Assembly (NCBI GenBank): GCA_040880105.1
Contig: JBBDJA010000004.1
Coordinates: 1-40,750, forward strand
Source of the DNA: Waddliaceae bacterium
GTDB lineage: Bacteria; Chlamydiota; Chlamydiia; Chlamydiales; SLOH01
Reading direction: 5' to 3'
DNA: 40,750 bases
Both the position numbers and the translations under genes were made by a program. Of this stretch, positions 1 through 8,662 are shown piece by piece (positions within the stretch are counted from its first letter, which is position 1; each line of letters begins with the position of its first letter). Under the pieces are notes generated by a model. That model ran no database searches. It was not told the origin of the DNA and saw only the letters and a program-made list of their open reading frames with translations.

Positions 1-7
1 TTTAACA

Positions 8-81
8 GTTAAGCGAGTGCGATTTTATCGAATTTCAGTAAAAAGGCGCTAAATTAAAAAATCTGAGTTATTCATAGGGTC
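8..81. repeat. Right half of a palindromic/MITE-like repeat, cut by the window edge; same family as 38449-38605
   Basis: 8-81 aligns without gaps to 38533-38606 with 54/74 identities (hand count), including TCTGAGTTAwTCAkAGG. Confidence 0.7.
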
Positions 82-136
82 TTTTAAACGAAATTTACAA
101 AAAAAATTAATAAAGGAAAAGAACTTTAAAGTCTTC

Positions 137-574
137 TTAGTGAGCCAGTGAAGACGCCTGTTCAAAACATAAGGAAATGCGAGCCGAGTCCGTTTTATAA
201 ATATAATCGAACGTCTGTTCAATTACGGACATATTTGTCACACCATTTTGCAAAAGAGCATCCGTATAGATTCTTTTTGCTTCCTGATGAAGAAGAGTAA
301 AGGCTGCCTCGTGATCAAAAGGGCGGCTTAAGGGATTACGACTCATGGCGCGCGCGCGCGCAGAAATCATTGTTGGCAGCTCCCTTTTTTTCTTATTTAA
401 ATTAAGAATAATCATATTCCAAGTATTTTGCGGCACACTGGAAAGAGAAAGAGCCTCCGTTACGATTTTTTCATTAAAAAAATCTTGCTGTAATCTTCTA
501 AAACAAGCCGGTGAGTCATCAACGGAAAAAAGGTGGCTTGCGATCAATAATAAGGGGTAAATAAAATATTTCAT
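137..574 (-). CDS. Hypothetical exported protein, divergent from folD (position like CT079)
   Basis: 145-aa ORF with signal-peptide-like N-terminus MKYFIYPLLLIASHLFS. The synteny is recalled, not searched. Confidence 0.75.
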   Translation of the reverse strand: MKYFIYPLLLIASHLFSVDDSPACFRRLQQDFFNEKIVTEALSLSSVPQNTWNMIILNLNKKKRELPTMISARARAMSRNPLSRPFDHEAAFTLLHQEAKRIYTDALLQNGVTNMSVIEQTFDYIYKTDSARISLCFEQASSLAH

Positions 575-600
575 AATTTTCTAATTAGCAACAATCCTTA

Positions 601-629
601 TTGTTCACAACTGATTTTTTTGATAAGAT
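601..629 (+). promoter_or_regulatory. Putative sigma66/sigma70-type promoter for folD
   Basis: TTGTTC(601-606)-N17-TAAGAT(624-629) with a TGn extended -10; ATG637 lies 7 nt downstream. Confidence 0.4.
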
Positions 630-636
630 TAAAATT

Positions 637-1500
637 ATGTTACTAGATGGAAAAGCCCTTGCAATCGATATTAAAGAAGAGCTAGCTGCTCAAGTCGGTG
701 CTCTTAAAGGAAGAGCGCCTTGTCTTGCTGTTATTTTGGTCGGCGATGATCCTGCGTCAAAAATCTATGTGGCAAGTAAAGTACACGACTGCGAGAAGGT
801 CGGCATCCATTCCATCCTTGAAAACCTGCCGAGCAGTATTAGCGAAAAGGATCTCCTCTTTCAAATCGAAAGGTTAAATCAAGACCCAAAAGTTGACGGA
901 ATTTTAGTTCAGTTACCCCTGCCGGATCAAATCAGCCAGGAAGCTGTGATTAAAGCCATTGATCCAAACAAAGATGTGGACGGGTTCCATCCATACAATT
1001 TCGGGAAAATTTTTTCCGGAGATCCTTCCGGGTTTGTTCCGTGCACACCGGCTGGTATTCGCGAACTCCTATTACGCTATGACATTGAAACAGAAGGTAA
1101 AGAGGTTGTCATTGTCGGGCGTAGCCATATTGTCGGAAAACCGATGGCTGGCCTTTTAATGCAAAATGGGCCTGGAGGGAATGCAACTGTAACCATTGTA
1201 CACTCTAAAACCAAAGACTTAAGCCTCCACACAAAAAGAGCCGACATTTTGATCTGTTCAATTGGAAAACCGCATTTCATCAAAGAAGAGATGGTGAAGG
1301 AAGGTGCAATCGTTGTCGATGTCGGAATCAACCGAGTGATTGATGAGACGCAACCCAAAGGGTATCGAATTACAGGTGATGTTGATTTTGAACGCGTCAA
1401 AGACAAATGTTTTGCAATTACACCGGTACCCGGGGGTGTGGGCCCAATGACCATCGCGATGCTTTTGAAAAACACCATAAAAAGCCGCCTCAGTTCTTGA
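637..1500 (+). CDS. folD: Bifunctional methylenetetrahydrofolate dehydrogenase/cyclohydrolase
   Basis: MLLDGKALA start, DGILVQLPLP, KDVDGFHP, PCTPAG, GRSHIVGKP, TPVPGGVGPMT. ATG637 preferred over TTG601. Confidence 0.97.
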   Translation: MLLDGKALAIDIKEELAAQVGALKGRAPCLAVILVGDDPASKIYVASKVHDCEKVGIHSILENLPSSISEKDLLFQIERLNQDPKVDGILVQLPLPDQISQEAVIKAIDPNKDVDGFHPYNFGKIFSGDPSGFVPCTPAGIRELLLRYDIETEGKEVVIVGRSHIVGKPMAGLLMQNGPGGNATVTIVHSKTKDLSLHTKRADILICSIGKPHFIKEEMVKEGAIVVDVGINRVIDETQPKGYRITGDVDFERVKDKCFAITPVPGGVGPMTIAMLLKNTIKSRLSS

Positions 1501-2468
1501 AATCTCTTTTATTTCTCTTACTTCTTTTTGGTTGTCAAAGTGAGCCTCCTCACCCTGTCATATTTTCGGGCATTGCGATGACCATGGAATATAAAATCAT
1601 GGTAGGTCAATCACACTTGAGTGTGGATAAGAATAAGATCCAAGCGATCATCGACAATTCCTTTAACCGCATCAATCAAACTTTTAACTCGTGGAATCCC
1701 GAATCTGAGATATCCACCTTCAACAGACTAAAGGCCAATGAGGAGATTGCGCTCTCTTTGGAGTTATCTCAGTTTTTTACTTTTTTAAGTCACATCGTTC
1801 CACTAACCGAAGGGCGTTTTGATCCTACTATCGCTCCTCTTAAAAAGAGCTTTATTGCTCAATTGGAAAAAGGCATGCTCCCCGACCAAAATGAGCAAGA
1901 TACCTTGTCCAAAGCGGTCGGTTGGGACAAAATACGGCAAAATGAGACGACAGTGTCTAAATCCCATGATCTGACTAGTCTTGATTTAGGTGGGATTGCA
2001 AAAGGGTACGCAATTGATTTAATCACAGATAATCTGAGAGCTGCAGGATACAAAAACCTCTATGTAGAGTGGGGCGGAGAGATCAGGGCAATAGGAGAAC
2101 ATCCTCTCAAGAGACCCTGGCGTATCTATATCCGTCATTTTGAGAGCGCAGATCCAAGCCAAGCACTTGCCTTGATTGATCTTAAAGATAGAGCTGTTGC
2201 GACAAGCGGCGATTATCTCCAGCACTGGAGTGGGCCAAAGGGTATCCAATATACACACATCATCGACCCAAAAACGCGCCAACCTCTCAAGCTGTCCAAA
2301 AATAGTATCTCATCTGCGACTGTACTTGCAGAAACAGCAACCTTAGCGGACGCTCTTGCAACTACTTTGATGCTTTTTGAAACAGAAGAGGAAGCAAAAA
2401 ATTGGATAGAGACAGTTCGGAAAGAATATCCTGATATTCAATACTGGATCGCTACAAGAGATAGTTAA
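1497..2468 (+). CDS. apbE: FAD:protein FMN transferase (ApbE family lipoprotein)
   Basis: FDPTIAPL, DLGGIAKGYAID, ATSGDY, HIIDPKT, ADALAT. Lipobox LFGC follows TTG1497, which overlaps the folD stop (TTGA); the track start of 1407 looks too long. Confidence 0.93.
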   Translation: MKSLLFLLLLFGCQSEPPHPVIFSGIAMTMEYKIMVGQSHLSVDKNKIQAIIDNSFNRINQTFNSWNPESEISTFNRLKANEEIALSLELSQFFTFLSHIVPLTEGRFDPTIAPLKKSFIAQLEKGMLPDQNEQDTLSKAVGWDKIRQNETTVSKSHDLTSLDLGGIAKGYAIDLITDNLRAAGYKNLYVEWGGEIRAIGEHPLKRPWRIYIRHFESADPSQALALIDLKDRAVATSGDYLQHWSGPKGIQYTHIIDPKTRQPLKLSKNSISSATVLAETATLADALATTLMLFETEEEAKNWIETVRKEYPDIQYWIATRDS

Positions 2469-2563
2469 GGAACCTATGCACTTTTCCTATCTTGAAAAAA
2501 ATATTCCGATCCTTCATAAGTTTAATGATCGAGTATTTTACTCGCATTTAATTTGAGGAATTT

Positions 2564-2830
2564 ATGTCAGTTAATCCAATTCCAGATAAATACTACCCGT
2601 TGAATGAAGACGACGAATCTAAAGAGATCAGTGTTTTTAATAAAATTGATCTTTCAGTCAAGATCGATAAAGTTAAAAATCAATCCCTTAAAGAGCCACT
2701 TTTAAAAAATCAGGAAAAGAGTGAAGTTCTTGAAAAGGCTTCTAGCATAAATAAACTCCAACCTCAAGAGCTTACAAGCGACGAATTAAATGAACTTAAA
2801 GAAATGCTCGATTTAAATGACGATAAGTGA
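2564..2830 (+). CDS. Small acidic/lysine-rich hypothetical protein
   Basis: 88-aa ORF with GAGGA RBS upstream; AT-rich; overlaps the mutS start by 14 nt. Confidence 0.6.
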   Translation: MSVNPIPDKYYPLNEDDESKEISVFNKIDLSVKIDKVKNQSLKEPLLKNQEKSEVLEKASSINKLQPQELTSDELNELKEMLDLNDDK

Positions 2831-5339
2831 AGAAAAAACTACAACTCCCATGATGGCGCAGTGGGAAGAGTGCAAACAAGCTGTCGGAAACGCCGTCCTT
2901 TTCTTTCGCATGGGAGACTTCTACGAGGCGTTTCATGAAGATGCAAAAATCCTAGCGCAAGAACTTTCACTCACCTTGACCAAGCGTCAAGGGATTCCAA
3001 TGAGCGGCGTTCCTCACCACAGCAGCCGTGGCTATATCGACAAGTTAATCGAAAAAGGGTATCGCGTGGCGATTGCCGAGCAAACAGAAGCTCCTGAGCC
3101 GGGGAAAAAACTCGTCAACCGGGAAGTCATGCGGATTGTAACGCCCGGCACGTTAATCGACTCCGATCTACTCACAGATAAAGAAAACAACTACTTTGTC
3201 TCTACCATACAGGTCGGTGCTATTTACGGAATTGCCGCTTTAGACCTTTCCACAGGTGAATTTCGCCTACTTGAAGTCGAAAGTAAAGAAGATCTTCTTA
3301 GCCAACTCCAAAGATATCGTCCAAAGGAAATTTTCACTTCGCGCCCCTTTTTTGACAAACACGTCACTGTCTTCAAAGAACTGAAACAAAGCTTTAACCC
3401 TCTCATTACTCAAGAAGAAGCGTGGCGTTTTAGCCATGAAGTGACATACACTTTTTTACTTGATCACTTTTCTGTTAAATCACTTGAAGGATATGGCGTC
3501 CACGGCATGGTAGCTGCGATCAATTGCGCGGGTGGGCTTTTACAATATATCCAAGACTCCCTTTCATTACCGATCGATCATATCCAAGGTCTCTCTGTCG
3601 AGTCATTAAGTGAATTTATGGTTCTAGACCAGACGACGAGGGCAAATCTTGAACTTGTCAGATCTCTTAATGCCGGCACAAGAAAAAACACTTTAATTAA
3701 CATCTTGGATGAAACTCAAACAGCGATGGGGGCCCGGCTTTTACAGCATTGGGTTTTGCAACCCCTACTTTCGATAGAGCGCATTCTTGATCGCCAAGAG
3801 GTGGTTCAAACCTTTACGCAAAATAGAAATAGCCTAGACTCCGTCCGCTCGCTTTTGTCCCATATTCGAGACCTTGAACGGCTCATTATGAAAGTCCAAA
3901 CAGGTAGCGCAACTCCTCGTGATCTTGTCGCAATCAAACTTTCATGCCAACAGCTTCCTCATCTAAAAGCGATGGTTGCTTCAATCTCGGATCGATCACC
4001 TTTCCTTCAAAAGCAGCTTGATCACCTTCCTAACCTATCGGCGCTTGTTGCATTAATCGAAAAGTCAATTGTCAATGAACCACCGGCACGCGTTAGCGAT
4101 GGGGGTGTGATTCGCGGAAACTTCAATAAAGAACTCGATGAATATCGTCTACTTGCGCAGAACGGAAAGACGTGGATGGCCAAATATCAAGAACAGCTCC
4201 GAGAGAAGTACGGGATAAAAAACCTTAAACTCGGCTACAACAAGATGTTTGGCTACTACATCGAAATCAGCCGAGGCCAGCTTGGCCAAGTCCCTGAGAG
4301 CTTTGACCGGAAGCAAACACTTGTAAACGCCGAGAGATTCATCACACAAGAGCTTAAAGAGTATGAACAAAAAGTTCTGACTGCAGAAGAGAAAATGTAT
4401 CAACTGGAAAGCAGTCTATTTTCTAAAGTCAAAGAGCAGGTAGCTACCTTCAATGAACCGGTTCAAAAAACGGCGCGCGCCATTGGCGTCATTGATGCTC
4501 TTCAGTCGCTTTCCTATATTGCAATCAGATATCGATGGAACCGCCCCTTAGTTGATGACGGCGATCAGCTTATCATTCAGGATGGGCGACACCCTGTCAT
4601 AGAAATAGCAAACAGAAGCGAGCCGTTTATTCCCAATGACACAGAACTCACAGAAAAAGAGCGACTCTTTTTGATTACAGGCCCAAACATGGCAGGAAAG
4701 TCGACCTATCTAAGACAAGTGGCTCTCATTACTCTCCTTGCCCAAATCGGCTCTTTTGTTCCGGCGCGCGCAGCGCACATCGGAATTTGTGATCGCATCT
4801 TTACACGTATTGGCGCAAGCGATGATCTGACGCGCGGGCAATCGACGTTCATGGTCGAGATGTCGGAAGCTGCAAATATCTTAAATAACGTCTCCCCTAG
4901 ATCTCTTGTGATTCTTGATGAAATCGGCAGAGGCACAAGTACTTATGACGGTATCTCAATCGCATGGTCAATTGCGGAATATTTACTAACAGAGGAAAAC
5001 CGCAAGGCAAAAACGCTTTTTGCCACCCATTACTTTGAACTCACTACGATGGAAGAGCAAGTTCCAGGAGCTGTTAATTATAATATTGCCGTCCACGAAG
5101 ATGATCATTCGATCCACTTTTTAAGAAAAATTGTTCGCGGAAGCGCGGATAAAAGCTATGGAATCCATGTGGGAAAACTCGCTGGATTACCTCTGAGTGT
5201 GACGTTCCGCGCGCAACAAATTTTAGAGGAACTCGAAGAAAATAACAGAAAATCTCATGCATTCACGCCACCGAAGGCAAAGCGGCTAAAAAGAAAAAAA
5301 GATGCAGGACCTTCAATGCAACTCACTCTATTTCAGTAG
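2817..5339 (+). CDS. mutS: DNA mismatch repair protein MutS
   Basis: TPMMAQW, FFRMGDFYE, ITGPNMAGKST Walker A, STFMVEM, LDEIGRGTST, SYGIHVGKLAGLP, C-terminal clamp-binding QLTLF. Confidence 0.98.
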   Translation: MTISEEKTTTPMMAQWEECKQAVGNAVLFFRMGDFYEAFHEDAKILAQELSLTLTKRQGIPMSGVPHHSSRGYIDKLIEKGYRVAIAEQTEAPEPGKKLVNREVMRIVTPGTLIDSDLLTDKENNYFVSTIQVGAIYGIAALDLSTGEFRLLEVESKEDLLSQLQRYRPKEIFTSRPFFDKHVTVFKELKQSFNPLITQEEAWRFSHEVTYTFLLDHFSVKSLEGYGVHGMVAAINCAGGLLQYIQDSLSLPIDHIQGLSVESLSEFMVLDQTTRANLELVRSLNAGTRKNTLINILDETQTAMGARLLQHWVLQPLLSIERILDRQEVVQTFTQNRNSLDSVRSLLSHIRDLERLIMKVQTGSATPRDLVAIKLSCQQLPHLKAMVASISDRSPFLQKQLDHLPNLSALVALIEKSIVNEPPARVSDGGVIRGNFNKELDEYRLLAQNGKTWMAKYQEQLREKYGIKNLKLGYNKMFGYYIEISRGQLGQVPESFDRKQTLVNAERFITQELKEYEQKVLTAEEKMYQLESSLFSKVKEQVATFNEPVQKTARAIGVIDALQSLSYIAIRYRWNRPLVDDGDQLIIQDGRHPVIEIANRSEPFIPNDTELTEKERLFLITGPNMAGKSTYLRQVALITLLAQIGSFVPARAAHIGICDRIFTRIGASDDLTRGQSTFMVEMSEAANILNNVSPRSLVILDEIGRGTSTYDGISIAWSIAEYLLTEENRKAKTLFATHYFELTTMEEQVPGAVNYNIAVHEDDHSIHFLRKIVRGSADKSYGIHVGKLAGLPLSVTFRAQQILEELEENNRKSHAFTPPKAKRLKRKKDAGPSMQLTLFQ

Positions 5340-5413
5340 TGTATAATTTTTATTGACTCTCATTTCTTCCTCTGGCATTCAAAAGATATGAACTCTAATC
5401 AAAGGAGGGAGTC

Positions 5414-5536
5414 ATGATTAATAAAAAAAAACAAAAGAAAGATCTTAATCAGAAAGAAGGGTTTAATAAACACAATCAAGATCAAGATCTTACTCAAAAA
5501 AAACGTCAGAACGAACAACAAGAAAAGAAAAGATAG
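5414..5536 (+). CDS. 40-aa K/Q/N-rich small protein (not in the ORF track)
   Basis: AAAGGAGG at 5401-5408, ATG5414, open to TAG5536: MINKKKQKKDLNQKEGFNKHNQDQDLTQKKRQNEQQEKKR. Followed by a terminator. Confidence 0.7.
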   Translation: MINKKKQKKDLNQKEGFNKHNQDQDLTQKKRQNEQQEKKR

Positions 5537-5547
5537 CAGTATAAATT

Positions 5548-5573
5548 GTGCGAGCTTCAAGCTCGCACTTTTT
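5548..5573 (+). terminator. Rho-independent terminator
   Basis: GTGCGAGC-TTCAA-GCTCGCAC followed by TTTTT. Confidence 0.85.
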
Positions 5574-5604
5574 CTTAAGGAAGCAATCTGTTAAGCTATC
5601 CGAT

Positions 5605-6210
5605 ATGGATAGAACGCTCTACAAAGAACTCATTATTTTAACTCAAGCTTACCTAAAGCAAGAGCATCCTCGAACAAAAAATCTCTTTTCCGATGCGCAG
5701 ACCATCGACCATTTTAGACAAGAATGGAAAAACATCAGAAAGTCGCCAAATAAAGCCAAACAAGTGCCTGAGCTAAGCGCAAAAAAAGAAACAAAAGTAT
5801 CTCTTCCCCAGACAGTTAAGTCAAAATTTCCATCAAATGACAAGCCTATTTCGCCTGTGCAGCCGGCAATTCCACCTAAAGTATCAAAAGAAGAAATGAT
5901 GGATTTTGCATCATCAGCGGGGCTTAAAGTTAAAAAAATTAAAGAAACGCTCATTCTATTGACTCAAGGTGATACTGAAGAAATTGACCTCTTTGAAAAA
6001 ATAGCAACTGCAATTGAGACGAAGCTTGGAGGTAAAGCGCGCGTGATCAAAACCCTTGATTCAGAAAAGCCGCACCTACTTTTAAGCGAAAAGAAGCCGG
6101 ATAATTGCAATAGCGAGTGGATTTGCCTTCTCCCCTATCAAGAGTACCAAAAGAGTCCTCAAAATAAAAAAGCCCTCTGGAATGAACTTGCCAGCTTCTA
6201 CAACAAGTAA
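5605..6210 (+). CDS. Hypothetical protein upstream of priA (position like CT779)
   Basis: In-frame ATG5605 (MDRTLYKEL) after the terminator; low-complexity P/K linker; C-terminal KKALWNEL; overlaps the priA start. Confidence 0.75.
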   Translation: MDRTLYKELIILTQAYLKQEHPRTKNLFSDAQTIDHFRQEWKNIRKSPNKAKQVPELSAKKETKVSLPQTVKSKFPSNDKPISPVQPAIPPKVSKEEMMDFASSAGLKVKKIKETLILLTQGDTEEIDLFEKIATAIETKLGGKARVIKTLDSEKPHLLLSEKKPDNCNSEWICLLPYQEYQKSPQNKKALWNELASFYNK

Positions 6211-8437
6211 AACCGCTGAAAAATATGCGACTGTGATAATGGATGTTGGTATTGAAAAGTGCCTCGATTATCACATTCCATCTGAGATGCAGCCACTTAT
6301 TACCCCCGGAGTTACTGTCGAGGTTCCTCTTATGGGACGCACGCGATCTGGAATTGTTCGGGATATCAAAGAGAAATCAGAGTTCAAAACGGTCAAGTCA
6401 ATCCTTCGTGTGGTTTCAGACGAGGTGAAAATCACACCCGAGCTGTTTCACCTTGCCGAGTGGATCAGTAAATACTATTGCAGCCCTCTTGGTAAGATCA
6501 TTAAATCGATTCTTCCAGCTCCTGTACGCAAATCAGGAAAGCATAAGATGCAGGCATTTATCTCAAGAGGAAGATCCAGAGAGGAGTTACGGGAGCTCTG
6601 CTTAAAATTACGACAGACAAACCCTAAGCAAGCAGCTGCGCTCGACCCAATGCTGAAGGTGAATAAGGGGCTATTCTTAAGTGAGCTCATCGAGCAAAGC
6701 GGTGTTTCAAAAAGCCCTATCGAGACACTTATAAAGAATGGATTTTTGAAATGTGAACAAGTAAAGGTGGATCGTTCTCCCTTAGACGGAGAAGAGTACT
6801 TTAGAAGCGGACCAAAAACACTCAACGAAGATCAGCACTCCGCGCTTGAAAAAATTGCATCCAGTATAGCGGACAATCGATTTGAAACCCACCTACTCTA
6901 CGGAATTACAGGGAGCGGAAAAACCGAGGTCTACTTGCAAGCGATCGCAAAGGCACGCGCAAATGGAAAAGGTGTGATCATTCTGGTTCCGGAAATTGCC
7001 CTAACAGTCCAGACTGTCGAACGGTTCAAGAGCCGGTTTGAAGAATCGATTGCCGTTTTACATCACCGCCTCTCTGCAGGTGAGCGCTTCGATGAGTGGC
7101 ATAAAATTTTAAGAGGAGAGGTTCAAATTGTCATTGGCGCAAGGTCGGCGATCTTTAGCCCGATTCAAAACCTTGGACTGATCATTGTCGACGAGGAGCA
7201 CGATAACTCCTACAAGCAAAGCGATGAGTCACCCTGCTATCATGCCCGCGATGTTGCAGTATTCAGGGGTTATAGTGCAAAAGCGACAGTTATTTTAGGA
7301 TCGGCGACTCCCTCTCTTGAAAGTTTCAAAAATGCCAAAAGCGGGAAATACACTCTCTCAATCCTTTCTAAAAGGGCTGAGGTTGCAAAACTTCCGAAAG
7401 TTTCGATAATCGATATGAAAGAGGAGTATGAAAAAGCCGATGGAAATCTTCTCTTTGCAAACCCCCTCCTAAAGAAAATAAAAGAGCGATTTGAAAAAGG
7501 TGAACAGAGCATTTTATTCTTAAACCGAAGAGGATATCATGCATTTCTAATTTGCAAATCTTGCTCTTCTACGATTCAGTGTCAGCACTGCGATGTCACC
7601 CTTACATTTCACAAAAGTGAAAGGCAACTCAGATGCCATATATGTGGGCACACCCAAATGCCGACAGCCCACTGCCCCACTTGTAAAGCAGGCGATACGC
7701 TCCAATATAAAGGAATGGGAACAGAAAGAGTGGAACGCACCTTAAACGCGCTGATTCCGGAGATACGGACGATAAGACTTGATGCCGATACAACAAGACA
7801 TAAAGGAAGCCTGCAGAAATTATTAAGAGATTTTGGAACAGGAAAAGCCGATGTGATGATCGGAACTCAGATGGTTGCTAAAGGACACCACTTCCCTTCT
7901 GTAACCTTGGTCGGTGTATTAAATCCGGACGCTGTCCTTAACCTTCCCGATTTCCGTGCCCAGGAATCTATTTTCCAATTGATCACACAAGTGTCCGGAC
8001 GGGCCGGCCGCGGAGAGATACTCGGTGAGGTGATGATCCAAACATGCCAACCGGACCATCCGACGCTGCGATTTGCCGCCGCACAAGACTATCTTGCTTT
8101 TTATGAAAATGAGATACAGTCACGAGAAATTTTCTCATACCCACCCTACTCAGTCATAGCCAAGTTGACTTTCTCCGGAAAAAACGAGGGTTTTACATTT
8201 AAATCAAGCGACAAGTTTAGACGAGAGGTTTTGAAAAAATTGCCAAACACCTATCAAATCCATCCTGCTCTTCCTAGTGCCTACGCAAAAATTAAGGACA
8301 ACTTTCGCTTCCAATTTATTATTCGAGGCCCAAGCGCCTATTGCATAAGCCAAGCGCTTAAAGAAGTAAAGGCGTCCTCTCCGCCCCCCTCAAGTATAAA
8401 GCTTTTGATTGATATCAACCCGACCCAAATGAGTTGA
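6182..8437 (+). CDS. priA: Primosomal protein N' (replication restart helicase)
   Basis: LYGITGSGKTEVY, DEEHD, SATPSLES, LFLNRRGY, four CxxC pairs, GTQMVAKGHHFP, QVSGRAGR. Confidence 0.98.
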   Translation: MNLPASTTSKTAEKYATVIMDVGIEKCLDYHIPSEMQPLITPGVTVEVPLMGRTRSGIVRDIKEKSEFKTVKSILRVVSDEVKITPELFHLAEWISKYYCSPLGKIIKSILPAPVRKSGKHKMQAFISRGRSREELRELCLKLRQTNPKQAAALDPMLKVNKGLFLSELIEQSGVSKSPIETLIKNGFLKCEQVKVDRSPLDGEEYFRSGPKTLNEDQHSALEKIASSIADNRFETHLLYGITGSGKTEVYLQAIAKARANGKGVIILVPEIALTVQTVERFKSRFEESIAVLHHRLSAGERFDEWHKILRGEVQIVIGARSAIFSPIQNLGLIIVDEEHDNSYKQSDESPCYHARDVAVFRGYSAKATVILGSATPSLESFKNAKSGKYTLSILSKRAEVAKLPKVSIIDMKEEYEKADGNLLFANPLLKKIKERFEKGEQSILFLNRRGYHAFLICKSCSSTIQCQHCDVTLTFHKSERQLRCHICGHTQMPTAHCPTCKAGDTLQYKGMGTERVERTLNALIPEIRTIRLDADTTRHKGSLQKLLRDFGTGKADVMIGTQMVAKGHHFPSVTLVGVLNPDAVLNLPDFRAQESIFQLITQVSGRAGRGEILGEVMIQTCQPDHPTLRFAAAQDYLAFYENEIQSREIFSYPPYSVIAKLTFSGKNEGFTFKSSDKFRREVLKKLPNTYQIHPALPSAYAKIKDNFRFQFIIRGPSAYCISQALKEVKASSPPPSSIKLLIDINPTQMS

Positions 8438-8491
8438 GATTCCGTTTTTCCTCTAGAAATTAAAGAACTCACTAGATAAAATGTAAATATT

Positions 8492-8653
8492 ATGAACAAG
8501 GTTTTTGACTATTACCGCTCGCTCAGCTGGCAGACGAAGATATTCTTTTTGACAGGAATTATCTATATCGGCTTCACAGTGCTGCTGACGATCTTTTCTT
8601 TCGCAAGACTTGATTTTGTTCGCACCGGCCCCAAAACAGAACAGACCCCCTAA
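8492..8653 (+). CDS. 53-aa single-pass membrane protein (not in the ORF track)
   Basis: ATG8492..TAA8653: MNKVFDYYRSLSWQTKIFFLTGIIYIGFTVLLTIFSFARLDFVRTGPKTEQTP. Fills the priA-lysS gap; preceded by TAGAAA(8454)-N17-TAAAAT(8477). Confidence 0.65.
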   Translation: MNKVFDYYRSLSWQTKIFFLTGIIYIGFTVLLTIFSFARLDFVRTGPKTEQTP

Positions 8654-8662
8654 ACATACATT

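Noticed and set aside
348..362. (GC)n run, with a similar one at about 26702-26713
   Set aside because: Both lie within coding sequence (Ala-Arg-Ala-Arg) with the frame intact; too short to argue for phase variation.
1407..1496. N-terminal extension of apbE in the ORF track
   Set aside because: It overlaps folD; the lipoprotein signal begins at TTG1497.
5548..5604. GTG start for the priA-upstream ORF
   Set aside because: It lies inside the terminator hairpin; ATG5605 is more plausible.
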